NCBI GenBank assembly: GCA_964415865.1
Contig: CAYQBY010000006.1
Coordinates: 4,397-60,495 of the forward strand
DNA from: an uncultured Piscirickettsiaceae bacterium
GTDB taxonomy: Bacteria; Pseudomonadota; Gammaproteobacteria; GCF-002020875
DNA length: 56,099 nt
Direction of reading: 5' to 3'
Under the pieces are notes generated by a model. It was not told where the DNA came from and made no database searches. It saw only the letters and a program-made list of their open reading frames with translations. Shown here in pieces: positions 28,702 to 43,664 of the stretch (its first letter is position 1; each line of letters opens with the position of its first letter). The translations under genes and the position numbers were made by a program.

Positions 28702-29865
28702 ATGGCTGACCCCTGTAATCTTGCTTCCTATGCTGCTCATGACAGCTCCACCAAGGGTAGGGCACACACTGAAGAGGGGCCGGAATACAGAAGCGCATTC
28801 CAACGAGATCGTGATCGTATTGTTCACTCCACCGCCTTTCGCCGGCTAGAGTACAAAACCCAGGTATTTGTTAATCATGAGGGAGACCTATACAGAACTC
28901 GGCTAACTCACAGTATTGAAGTGGCACAAATTAGCCGCTCTATTGCAAGAACACTACGCCTAAACGAAGATCTGACTGAAGCTATCGCACTGGCGCATGA
29001 TCTTGGCCACACCCCTTTTGGTCATGCCGGACAGGATGTGCTCAATAGCTGTATGTCTCCATACGGAGGATTCGAACATAATTTTCAGTCTCTTCGTGTA
29101 GTAGACCACCTGGAGGAAAAATATGCCCAATTCTCCGGTCTTAACCTCACCTTCGAGTCACGTGAGGGCATACTAAAACACTGCAGCCTCCCCAATGCAG
29201 AGAAGATTGGTGATGTTGGTGAACGTTTTCTAAACCATACACAGCCGAGCCTGGAGGCTCAGCTAGTCAACCTGGCTGATCAGATCGCCTATAATAATCA
29301 TGATGTTGATGATGGTCTCCGTGCCGGTCTTTTAACTATTGATCAGTTAAAAGAGGTGGAACTGTTTCGGGAGCAGTATGAGTCCGTTATTCAGCAATAC
29401 CCCGCACTCAACCAGAGGCGAACAATTCACGAGGTGGTACGCCGCATGATTAACAGACTGGTAATTGACCTGATCGAAACCAGCCAAAACAATATATCCA
29501 GAGCAGCCCCCAATAATATTGAGGATGTTCGTCATCAGCCGTCACCACTAATTCAATTTAGTACGCCACAGACCAGTCTCAACCATGAACTGAAACAGTT
29601 TCTTCGGGAAAATCTCTATCGCCATTATCGGGTAATGCGCATGAGCGCAAAAGCAGAAAGAATTCTGACAGAACTGTTTCAGGCATTTATGGAAGAGCCA
29701 CGTCTGCTTCCTGATGAGCCCTATAGGCTAATTGATGGAGACACCCCAGAGGCACGCAAACAGAACAGCGGACGTGTCGTAGCTGATTATATTGCAGGAA
29801 TGACAGACCGTTACGCACTATCCGAGCACCAACGACTATTCAGCCCCCCAACTCCAACTGTCTGA
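28702..29865 (+). CDS. dgt: Deoxyguanosinetriphosphate triphosphohydrolase
   Basis: [42 protein letters not shown]. Confidence 0.93.
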   Translation: MADPCNLASYAAHDSSTKGRAHTEEGPEYRSAFQRDRDRIVHSTAFRRLEYKTQVFVNHEGDLYRTRLTHSIEVAQISRSIARTLRLNEDLTEAIALAHDLGHTPFGHAGQDVLNSCMSPYGGFEHNFQSLRVVDHLEEKYAQFSGLNLTFESREGILKHCSLPNAEKIGDVGERFLNHTQPSLEAQLVNLADQIAYNNHDVDDGLRAGLLTIDQLKEVELFREQYESVIQQYPALNQRRTIHEVVRRMINRLVIDLIETSQNNISRAAPNNIEDVRHQPSPLIQFSTPQTSLNHELKQFLRENLYRHYRVMRMSAKAERILTELFQAFMEEPRLLPDEPYRLIDGDTPEARKQNSGRVVADYIAGMTDRYALSEHQRLFSPPTPTV

Positions 29866-29872
29866 CCACACA

Positions 29873-30142
29873 ATGCGTATCTATATGCAGACCCCACCTC
29901 TTGATGGAGCACCTCTCCGCTTCTATCAGATCCAGATTCAGGAAGACCTTATTGATGGCTGGACCCTGATCCGTGAATCAGGAGCACAGGGTGGGCGTAG
30001 CAACTATAGAGAGGTCCACTATGAGTGTCGTGAGGATGCGGAATATGCGCTTCTCTCTCTGAGAGATCAACAACTCCAAAAAGGCTTCCAGATCACCTTT
30101 ACAACAGGAGCTCCAAATAGCTCCTCAGTTACTGATTTATAA
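29873..30142 (+). CDS. Stand-alone WGR-domain-like protein
   Basis: RFY.I....DL..GW.L.RE.G..G..A......Q..KGF pattern. Confidence 0.75.
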   Translation: MRIYMQTPPLDGAPLRFYQIQIQEDLIDGWTLIRESGAQGGRSNYREVHYECREDAEYALLSLRDQQLQKGFQITFTTGAPNSSSVTDL

Positions 30143-30245
30143 TAGTTATCGGTTACTACGCTCACCTTATATTAGTTGACACTCAAGTATTCTCTGGAAT
30201 ACAATCTGGCTTATTTTTCGTCTGATAAAAATCGGGACCAGACCC

Positions 30246-31361
30246 ATGAAACAACCTTGTATGAAACGCGTTATCACATCCATCATTCTACTCTCTGCCT
30301 CAACGGTTGCATTTGCCGGTGAGTTTGTTGCTGCCAAGAGCAGTCGGGTGGGAGCCATGATCTCTCTTGGAGGAACTGTTATCCCTCATCTCGAGGTAAA
30401 TCTTGTGGCAAAAATGCCTGGGGATGTCCTCTTTATTGCGGGCGAGGAGGGTGACTCATTCAAAAAGGGTGATCGACTCGCCAGCCAGGATATCGATGCA
30501 ATGATGGCAAAACGTGCCCAAGCCGAGGCTCAGCTGGCCAGTGCAGATGCTGGTATCAGAAATGCACAGATGCAGCTGCGTAATGAGATCGAAAACCCAA
30601 ATTCACAACCCAACGCCATGATGGGTGGTCTTCCCAGCATGATGACCATGTTCTCCAATCCGATGCGCAACATGAGTGGTCGTGGTGACTCTGGTATTCA
30701 GCGCGAGACCAATGTATATGGCATGAATGTACAGGTGGAAACTGCTGAAAATGCCTACAATCAGGCGCTGGCAGCAATTCGTGAGCTAGATGAAAATATA
30801 GAACAGGCCACCATCAACGCCCCATTTGATGGCGTAATTCTGAGAAAAATGGTTGAGGTAGGGCAACCTGCACAACCTGGCGTCCCTCTCTTCCTGTTTG
30901 GTGACACCAGTCAGCTACAGATTCGTGCCGAGGTTCCAGCCCGTCTGGTTCGCGGTCTACACAAAGGTATGATGCTCAGTGCGCGTCTGGACCAGAGCGA
31001 TACCATCATCCCAATTACTGTTGCCAGAATTTTTCCAATGGCAGACATGATGGGGCATACCGTAACCGTCAAATTCAATATTCCACAAACTGCTGATGCA
31101 GCCCCCGGTATGTATACCGAGGTTATGATTCCTGATCCATCAGCAGACGCGACTGATCTGGTCACAGTGCCTCACTCTGCCATCGAGTGGAGAGGCAGCC
31201 TCCCGGCTATCTTTGTGCAAAAAGATAACGGCAACCTGGAGATGCGTCTTGTCCGTGTTGGAGACCGCGCAGATAACGGCTGGCAGAGCGTGCTCTCTGG
31301 GGTTAAGGCGGGAGAGCTTGTGCTGGTAAACCCATCATCTACAACAACCTCTACAAAATAA
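30246..31361 (+). CDS. RND efflux periplasmic adaptor (MFP)
   Basis: Signal peptide, lipoyl halves (GDV..EGDSFKKGD; INAPFDGVI..GQP.QPG.PL), PGMY, SGVKAGE. Confidence 0.92.
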   Translation: MKQPCMKRVITSIILLSASTVAFAGEFVAAKSSRVGAMISLGGTVIPHLEVNLVAKMPGDVLFIAGEEGDSFKKGDRLASQDIDAMMAKRAQAEAQLASADAGIRNAQMQLRNEIENPNSQPNAMMGGLPSMMTMFSNPMRNMSGRGDSGIQRETNVYGMNVQVETAENAYNQALAAIRELDENIEQATINAPFDGVILRKMVEVGQPAQPGVPLFLFGDTSQLQIRAEVPARLVRGLHKGMMLSARLDQSDTIIPITVARIFPMADMMGHTVTVKFNIPQTADAAPGMYTEVMIPDPSADATDLVTVPHSAIEWRGSLPAIFVQKDNGNLEMRLVRVGDRADNGWQSVLSGVKAGELVLVNPSSTTTSTK

Positions 31362-31370
31362 GAATAGACC

Positions 31371-34300
31371 ATGAGTGATCACAAAGAACCAACCGAGGGA
31401 GAGGAACTCTCTCATGAGACAGGTGATACAAAATCACATGATTTTACAGGCGACAAGGCTGTCGATTTTGAGGAGGTAACAAAAGAACTTGGTTTTGCTG
31501 GTGGTCTGGCAGAGTCATTTATCCACTCTCCTCTCTCTCCCCTGTTCTTTATTGCCATGATGGTGGTAGGGATCTGGGGGCTGATTGCCACTCCTAGACA
31601 GGAGGATCCACAGATCTCGGTACCGATGATCGATATCTTTTTCCCTGCACCAGGTCTCTCATCTGGTGAGGTTGCCAACCAGATCATAGATCCATTTGAG
31701 CGTGTACTGAGTGAGATCCCTAAAATCAAACATGTCTACTCTGCAAGTGATCGCGAGTATGGCGTTATAACCATCCAGTTCAAGGTTGGTGAGCCCATGG
31801 GGCCATCCATTGTGCAGGTGCACAGCAAAATCCACTCCAATCTGGATTTGCTTCCTCAGGGGATAAAACCGCCCATGGTCAAACCCAAGGAGGTGGATGA
31901 TGTCCCCTCCGTCACCCTTACCCTCTGGTCCGAGGAGGTGGATGACGAGACCCTGAGAACACTGGGTGTTAGTGTTCTTCAGCACCTCAAACAGATACCA
32001 CAAACCGGCGTCGGATTTGTTACCGGCGGACGCTCACGACAGGTACGAATCGAGATTCTGCCTGAACGTCTGGCTGGTTTTGGGGTGAGTCCCGGACAGA
32101 TTGTCCATGCCGTTCAGACTGCCAATACCGGCCATACCGTTGGCTCAGTGGAGATGAGTGACCGCTTCTTCTTTGTTGAATCAGGCGGTTTCCTCTCGAA
32201 AGTTGATGAGGTCAAGCAGCTTGTAGTTGGGCAGCACCGAGGAACCCCAGTCTTCCTGAGAGATGTTGCCCATGTGTCAGAGGGGCCACAGGAGACCAAG
32301 GAGATAGTTACCTTCTCAACCGGTCTGGCCAGCACTCATGAAAATCCTGTCAAGGATGCTGCAGCCGTAACTATCGCTCTGGCGAAGCAGCGTGGCTCCA
32401 ATGGGGTTAGCGTTGTTAACAGTATTCTGGATGAGGTTAACAACAACCTGAAAGGATATCTGATTCCAGACAATGTTCATGTTGAGGTGACCCGCAACTA
32501 TGGTGAGAGTGCCAATACAAAAGTGAACGACCTGCTGTTTAAACTCTTTGTGGCTACTGGAGCAGTAACCTTCCTGGTATGGCTTAGCCTAGGTATCAAG
32601 CCCTCAATTGTTGTTCTATTGACCATTCCAGTGGTGTTGGTAGGCACCGTCTTTGTGGCGATGCTTATGGGTTATACCATTGACCGGGTAAGCCTGTTTG
32701 CCCTGATCTTTTCCATCGGCTTTTTGGTGGATAATGCCATTGTTATCGTTGAAAACATCTACCGTCGCTGGTTGATGGCTGGAACCATGGATACAAAAAC
32801 AGCTGTGGATGCAGTACGTGAGGTAGGTAATCCAACTGTACTGGCTACCTACACAGTAGTTGCGGCACTAATCCCCATGGGTTTTGTCTCTGGAATGATG
32901 GGACCATACATGGAACCAATTCCTGCTCTGGGCTCTGTTGCCATGGTGCTCTCCCTGTTTGCTGCTCTGGTCTTTGCTCCCTGGCTAGCAATGCGTATTG
33001 CCCCAAGCATGGAGAAGCTGCGCAAGATGGAGGAGCGTGATGAAAAGATCGACGACAAGATGGACGTCTTCTTCCGCAAAGCGATCCTTTCACTGTCCAA
33101 CAATAAGACTCTTGGCTGGGGATTTTTGCTGGGACTGATTCTCAGCTTCTTTGCCGCCATGTACATGTTCTACAACACCTCTGTTCCGGTAAAAATGTTG
33201 CCGTTTGATAATAAATCAAGCTTCAGTGTTGTTATTGATATGCCTGACGGCACAGCACTACCGACAACCGCCAACTTTACTCGACAGGTTGCCGCCGAGC
33301 TAAGTGATATTGAGGAAATTATTGCCACCCAGAACTATATTGGTACTGCTCAGCCATTTGATTTTAATGGCCTGGTACGCCACTACTATCTGCGGCAATT
33401 CCCCTGGCAGTCAGAGGTTGCCGTTCAGCTGACCGACAAGACCATGCGAGACCGAACAAGTCATGAGATTGCCAGCGCCGTTCGTGAACAGCTACAACCG
33501 ATTGCAGAGGCAGCAGGTGTTGCCATTACAGTGGTAGAGATGCCACCTGGTCCTCCGGTCCTGCAGACAGTAGTTGCCGAGATTCACGGTCCAGATGCTG
33601 CGACTCGCCGCCAGGTTGCAGATGATATCACTCAGATCTTCCGTGAATCAGAGCGTATCTCTGATGTTGATAACCTGATGCGTAGCTCCATGGAGACCTG
33701 GCGCTTCGAGATTGACCGGGAAAAGGCATCACGACAGGGAATCTCTGTCGAGACCATCAACCAACATCTGGCAATGGTTATGGGCGAGTTCAAGGCTGCG
33801 ACTATTTTCCAGTCACTGATTCTGGAGCCAACCTACATTGTTATGACAATCCCCATTGAGAAGAGATCACATCTCCATCGCCTTGGTGATCTGCCGATAA
33901 TGACCATGGACCAAAGAACCATTCCTCTCTCCGAGCTTGGAAAGTTTGTGAAGGTTCAGCGTGATCCAATCATCTTCCACAAGGACCTGAGAAAGGTTGA
34001 GTTCGTAGTTGGTGACGCTGTGGGGCGTCTGGGTGCACCAATCTATGCCATGCTCGATGTGGAGAGAATCCTCGAAGAGAAGGGCTATGTAACCCCAGAC
34101 GGTGTCTCTCTCCGTAGTGGTGAGTACACCGGTGCACCTGCCAACGACAAGCAGACAGGGTTTGAGTGGGGCGGTGAATGGACTGTAACTTACGAGACCT
34201 TCCGCGATATGGGAATTGCCTTTGGTGTTGCCCTGGTCGCCATCTACATGCTGGTGGTATGGGCCTTTGGCAACTTCCTGATCCCTGCCATTATCATGTC

Positions 34301-34712
34301 ACCAATCCCACTTACCCTGCTTGGAATTGTCCCTGGCCACTGGATTATGAATGCTGAATTCACTGCAACCTCAATGATCGGCTGGATCGCATTGGCCGGT
34401 ATTATTGTAAGAAATTCCATCCTGATGGTGGACTTCACCATGCACTCCTTCCGCGGGGGAATACCATTGGTTGATTCAGTGATTCTTGCAGCAAAATCAA
34501 GAACACGGCCAATCCTGATTACGGCACTGGCCCTGGTTCTGGGCTCTGCGGTAATTCTGACTGACCCAATCTTCCAGGGAATGGCGGTATCCCTGCTCTT
34601 TGGGGTTTTCGTCTCAACCCTACTGACTCTGTTGGTGATCCCTCTGGGCTGCATCAGTGCTGGAGAAAAAGTCTTTATGGAGGCTGAGGATATGAGCGCA
34701 AAAGAGAGTTAA
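31371..34712 (+). CDS. RND transporter permease, AcrB/AcrD/AcrF family
   Basis: EDPQI, GFLVDNAIVIVEN, R.RPILIT, multiple TM segments. Confidence 0.93.
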   Translation: MSDHKEPTEGEELSHETGDTKSHDFTGDKAVDFEEVTKELGFAGGLAESFIHSPLSPLFFIAMMVVGIWGLIATPRQEDPQISVPMIDIFFPAPGLSSGEVANQIIDPFERVLSEIPKIKHVYSASDREYGVITIQFKVGEPMGPSIVQVHSKIHSNLDLLPQGIKPPMVKPKEVDDVPSVTLTLWSEEVDDETLRTLGVSVLQHLKQIPQTGVGFVTGGRSRQVRIEILPERLAGFGVSPGQIVHAVQTANTGHTVGSVEMSDRFFFVESGGFLSKVDEVKQLVVGQHRGTPVFLRDVAHVSEGPQETKEIVTFSTGLASTHENPVKDAAAVTIALAKQRGSNGVSVVNSILDEVNNNLKGYLIPDNVHVEVTRNYGESANTKVNDLLFKLFVATGAVTFLVWLSLGIKPSIVVLLTIPVVLVGTVFVAMLMGYTIDRVSLFALIFSIGFLVDNAIVIVENIYRRWLMAGTMDTKTAVDAVREVGNPTVLATYTVVAALIPMGFVSGMMGPYMEPIPALGSVAMVLSLFAALVFAPWLAMRIAPSMEKLRKMEERDEKIDDKMDVFFRKAILSLSNNKTLGWGFLLGLILSFFAAMYMFYNTSVPVKMLPFDNKSSFSVVIDMPDGTALPTTANFTRQVAAELSDIEEIIATQNYIGTAQPFDFNGLVRHYYLRQFPWQSEVAVQLTDKTMRDRTSHEIASAVREQLQPIAEAAGVAITVVEMPPGPPVLQTVVAEIHGPDAATRRQVADDITQIFRESERISDVDNLMRSSMETWRFEIDREKASRQGISVETINQHLAMVMGEFKAATIFQSLILEPTYIVMTIPIEKRSHLHRLGDLPIMTMDQRTIPLSELGKFVKVQRDPIIFHKDLRKVEFVVGDAVGRLGAPIYAMLDVERILEEKGYVTPDGVSLRSGEYTGAPANDKQTGFEWGGEWTVTYETFRDMGIAFGVALVAIYMLVVWAFGNFLIPAIIMSPIPLTLLGIVPGHWIMNAEFTATSMIGWIALAGIIVRNSILMVDFTMHSFRGGIPLVDSVILAAKSRTRPILITALALVLGSAVILTDPIFQGMAVSLLFGVFVSTLLTLLVIPLGCISAGEKVFMEAEDMSAKES

Positions 34713-34736
34713 CCGTCACAACTCCATCTTCTCCAG

Positions 34737-34778
34737 AAATGGCATTGAGGTAGCAACCCCTCAATGCCATTTTTCTTT
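34737..34778 (+). terminator. Rho-independent terminator after the RND operon
   Basis: AAATGGCATTGAGG-N8-CCTCAATGCCATTT followed by T-rich tract. Confidence 0.85.
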
Positions 34779-34920
34779 GTATTTACAAGGGATATATGCC
34801 AACTCAACAGAGCAAATATCCGGCCAGAAAATTGAATAAAACGGCCTGCTGTTCTATACTTGCCGGCCGATTTTTGGAGTGGGAAAGTGCATCCACTCAT
34901 CTGAAACATTCGAATTAATC

Positions 34921-40826
<5,906 letters not shown>

Positions 40827-40893
40827 TTATTGGTAGACAGATGACTGGTTACAGGCTACCTTCTATCTATTGAATCGATAGAGGAGGCAGCCT

Positions 40894-42150
40894 GTGACGG
40901 ATGACCCGCTACACCCCGAAGACCAGCCCCTACTGCAAGAGGCACTCAACTACCATGCGGCAAAACCGTATGGAAAGATTGCGACCCTCCCTACCAAACC
41001 GTTTGCAACACAACATGATCTGAGCCTCGCCTACAGTCCTGGGGTTGCTGCACCGGTACGTGAAATCACAAACAATCCAAAAGAGGTTAACCGCTACACC
41101 GGCAAGGGAAATCTTATTGCCGTTGTAACCGATGGAAGTGCTGTCCTCGGCCTGGGGAATGTAGGGCCACTGGCTGCAAAGCCTGTAATGGAAGGCAAAG
41201 CCGTCCTCTTCAAGAAGTTTGCTGATATCGATGTCTTTGATATAGAAATTGACGCCTCCTCCAACCAGGCATTCATAGAAACTGTAGCGCGGATCTCCCC
41301 TACCTTTGGCGGTATCAACCTGGAGGATATATCTGCCCCCCACTGCTTCGAGATTGAGCGCGCACTAATTGATCGTCTCAATATTCCAGTCTTTCATGAT
41401 GACCAGCACGGGACCGCCATCATTATTGCCGCGGGGCTACTAAATGCACTCAAGTTACAGAACAAATCATTGGAGTCTGCCAATATTGTCTGTCTTGGTG
41501 CAGGCGCTGCTGCCATTGCATCCATGCAGCTGTTGCTCACTCTGGGAGCCTGCAAGGAACATATCACCCTGGTTGATCGCAATGGTGTAGTGCATGGGGG
41601 AAGAACTGATATCAATATTTACAAACAGCTCTTTGCCAGAACTACAGAGCGGCGAACTCTCGCTGAAGCTATGGAGGGGGCAGATATCTTGATCGGCCTC
41701 TCCGGCCCCAATCTGGTTACCTCTGTAATGGTCAAAAGCATGGCTGAGCGTCCCATCATCTTTGCGCTATCCAATCCTGACCCAGAGATTCATCCACAAC
41801 AGGCGCAAGAGGCACGGTCTGATCTAATCATGGCTACTGGACGCAGCGACTTCCCAAACCAGGTTAACAATGTACTATGCTTTCCATATATCTTCCGTGG
41901 AGCTCTGGATGCCAAGGCCACAACCATCAACACCGAGATGAAAATTGCTGCCGTCAAGGCACTGCAGCATCTAACCTGTGAACCAATCCTGGATGAGGTG
42001 CGTGAGGCATATCCTGATGAGGTGCTGGAATATGGACCCAACTACATAATCCCAAAGCCACTTGATCCAAGACTACGTGGATATGTCTCAACTGCGGTAC
42101 GACGTGCTGCTATTGAAAGCGGTGTAGCTGGTCAGGCAGAAAACTTGTAG
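40894..42150 (+). CDS. NAD(P)-dependent malic enzyme, short form without PTA domain
   Basis: [58 protein letters not shown]. Confidence 0.93.
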   Translation: MTDDPLHPEDQPLLQEALNYHAAKPYGKIATLPTKPFATQHDLSLAYSPGVAAPVREITNNPKEVNRYTGKGNLIAVVTDGSAVLGLGNVGPLAAKPVMEGKAVLFKKFADIDVFDIEIDASSNQAFIETVARISPTFGGINLEDISAPHCFEIERALIDRLNIPVFHDDQHGTAIIIAAGLLNALKLQNKSLESANIVCLGAGAAAIASMQLLLTLGACKEHITLVDRNGVVHGGRTDINIYKQLFARTTERRTLAEAMEGADILIGLSGPNLVTSVMVKSMAERPIIFALSNPDPEIHPQQAQEARSDLIMATGRSDFPNQVNNVLCFPYIFRGALDAKATTINTEMKIAAVKALQHLTCEPILDEVREAYPDEVLEYGPNYIIPKPLDPRLRGYVSTAVRRAAIESGVAGQAENL

Positions 42151-42160
42151 GCTTGGGTAT

Positions 42161-42802
42161 ATGGTCAACACTGCCACATTTAATACTAGTGCGCAGCAAT
42201 ATGACCAGTGGTTTGAAAATCATCCAGACCTCTACCAGCTTGAACTGGAAACCGTTAAATCCCTATTGCCCTCAAATGGTGTCGGGGTTGAGATAGGGGC
42301 TGGTACAGGACGTTTTATGGGGCCTCTTGAGGTATCCATAGGAATTGAGCCCGCACATGGCATGCGCGCCCTTGCTGCAAAACATGGGATTACCCTGCAG
42401 GATGGTGTAGCTGAAAATCTCCCTCTGCAAGATAGCAGCTACGATTACATACTTTTTATTACCACACTATGTTTTGTTGATTCAGTCCAACAAGCACTAC
42501 AGGAGGCACATAGAGTTCTGCAACAAGATGGTGCCCTGATCATAGGCATGATTGATCGTGCCAGTAGCATGGGAAAAGAGTATGAGGACAACAAAAACCG
42601 TAGCTCCTTCTATCAACAAGCCACTTTCTACACTATAGATGAGATGGTGGAGATGTTACACAACGCCGGATTTAGCAACTTCCAGTTCAAACAGACACTG
42701 CTTCCAGAGAGATTCTCCAATTCTCCTCCCATAATAGACGGTTACGGCAAGGGATCCTTTGTTGTTATTCAGGCCCGCAAAAGCGACTCTGGACTGTCAT
42801 AG
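42161..42802 (+). CDS. Class I SAM-dependent methyltransferase
   Basis: EIGAGTGRF, AENLP, TLCFV, EAHRVL. Confidence 0.88.
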   Translation: MVNTATFNTSAQQYDQWFENHPDLYQLELETVKSLLPSNGVGVEIGAGTGRFMGPLEVSIGIEPAHGMRALAAKHGITLQDGVAENLPLQDSSYDYILFITTLCFVDSVQQALQEAHRVLQQDGALIIGMIDRASSMGKEYEDNKNRSSFYQQATFYTIDEMVEMLHNAGFSNFQFKQTLLPERFSNSPPIIDGYGKGSFVVIQARKSDSGLS

Positions 42803-42864
42803 ATACTTATACTTCTGATTTCGACCCAAAACAGCTGTTCAGCCATCAATAAAAAGCGCCAGAC

Positions 42865-42893
42865 TGTTGGTGACATATGATATGTCACTAACA
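42865..42893. promoter_or_regulatory. Inverted repeat (hairpin or operator) between methyltransferase and TA genes
   Basis: TGTTGGTGACATA-TGA-TATGTCACTAACA with 1 mismatch; extra half-site GGTGACAT at 42908. Confidence 0.55.
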
Positions 42894-42917
42894 AGAGAAA
42901 AATAATAGGTGACATTA

Positions 42918-42935
42918 TGTATCCATTCGGATACA
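42918..42935. promoter_or_regulatory. Probable TA autoregulatory operator
   Basis: TGTATCC-ATTC-GGATACA palindrome overlapping a TACAAT -10. Confidence 0.65.
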
Positions 42936-42969
42936 ATACAGCTAGCTTCCTCATAGAGATATAAGTACC

Positions 42970-43275
42970 TTGTTTTTGATTGAACAGACAGAGCGATTTA
43001 AGAAATGGCTACAGAAACTGAAAGACCCAATTGGTAAGGCAGCCCTCATCCGCAGGTTGAATCGTCTTAAACAGGGGCATGCTGGAGATAGTAAACCTAT
43101 TGGGGATGCGATATATGAATTAAGAGTACATGCTGGCCCCGGTTATCGTGTCTACTACCTGCACGAAGATGAGCAGATCATTCTGCTGCTATGCGGAGGA
43201 GACAAAGGATCGCAGCAACGTGATATAGAACAGGCAAAAAAACTTGCCCAGGAGAAGAGAGATGAAAACCACTGA
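42970..43275 (+). CDS. Type II TA toxin, RelE/ParE superfamily (HI1419-like)
   Basis: F.KWL.KLKD, G..GD.K.IG..I.ELR.H.GPGYRVY, LLCGGDK.SQ.RDI. Confidence 0.92.
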   Translation: MFLIEQTERFKKWLQKLKDPIGKAALIRRLNRLKQGHAGDSKPIGDAIYELRVHAGPGYRVYYLHEDEQIILLLCGGDKGSQQRDIEQAKKLAQEKRDENH

Positions 43276-43573
43276 ATTTGATCCAGCACTATACCTTGAT
43301 AGTGAAGAGGTGATTGCGGAGTACCTGTCACAGATTATTGAAGAGGGTGATACAGAGGAGGTATTGGAAGCAATTGGTCATATCGCCAAGGCCCGGGGTA
43401 TGACACAGATAGCCAAAGATAGCGGACTTGGTCGGGAATCTCTATATAAAGCATTTGCCCCTGGCGCTAAACCCCGTTTTGAGACTGTAATGCGGGTTAT
43501 CCGGACTCTCGGAGTCCAATTGCATGCAGTTCCACAACAGAGCGAACATGGCACAGTAGCCCATTCTCACTAG
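43262..43573 (+). CDS. Type II TA antitoxin (HI1420-like HTH)
   Basis: FDPA.YLDSEE.I.EYL, IAKARGMTQIAK.SGL.RESLYKA, PRFET. Confidence 0.92.
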   Translation: MKTTEFDPALYLDSEEVIAEYLSQIIEEGDTEEVLEAIGHIAKARGMTQIAKDSGLGRESLYKAFAPGAKPRFETVMRVIRTLGVQLHAVPQQSEHGTVAHSH

Positions 43574-43664
43574 ATATCGTTAGTGTAGTAGCTGGTTATA
43601 CACCAACACCTAATCTAAAAACAAAGGTCTATTACTAGCTGGTCTCGGAAGTCATCTCTCTTCT

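Noticed and set aside
28702-29865. dGTPase as an anti-phage defence system
   Set aside because: Short housekeeping type in its usual aroKB context, with no defence-island neighbours
42803-43664. TA module as an integron cassette
   Set aside because: No convincing attC (RYYYAAC..GTTRRRY with paired L boxes) and no integrase in the window
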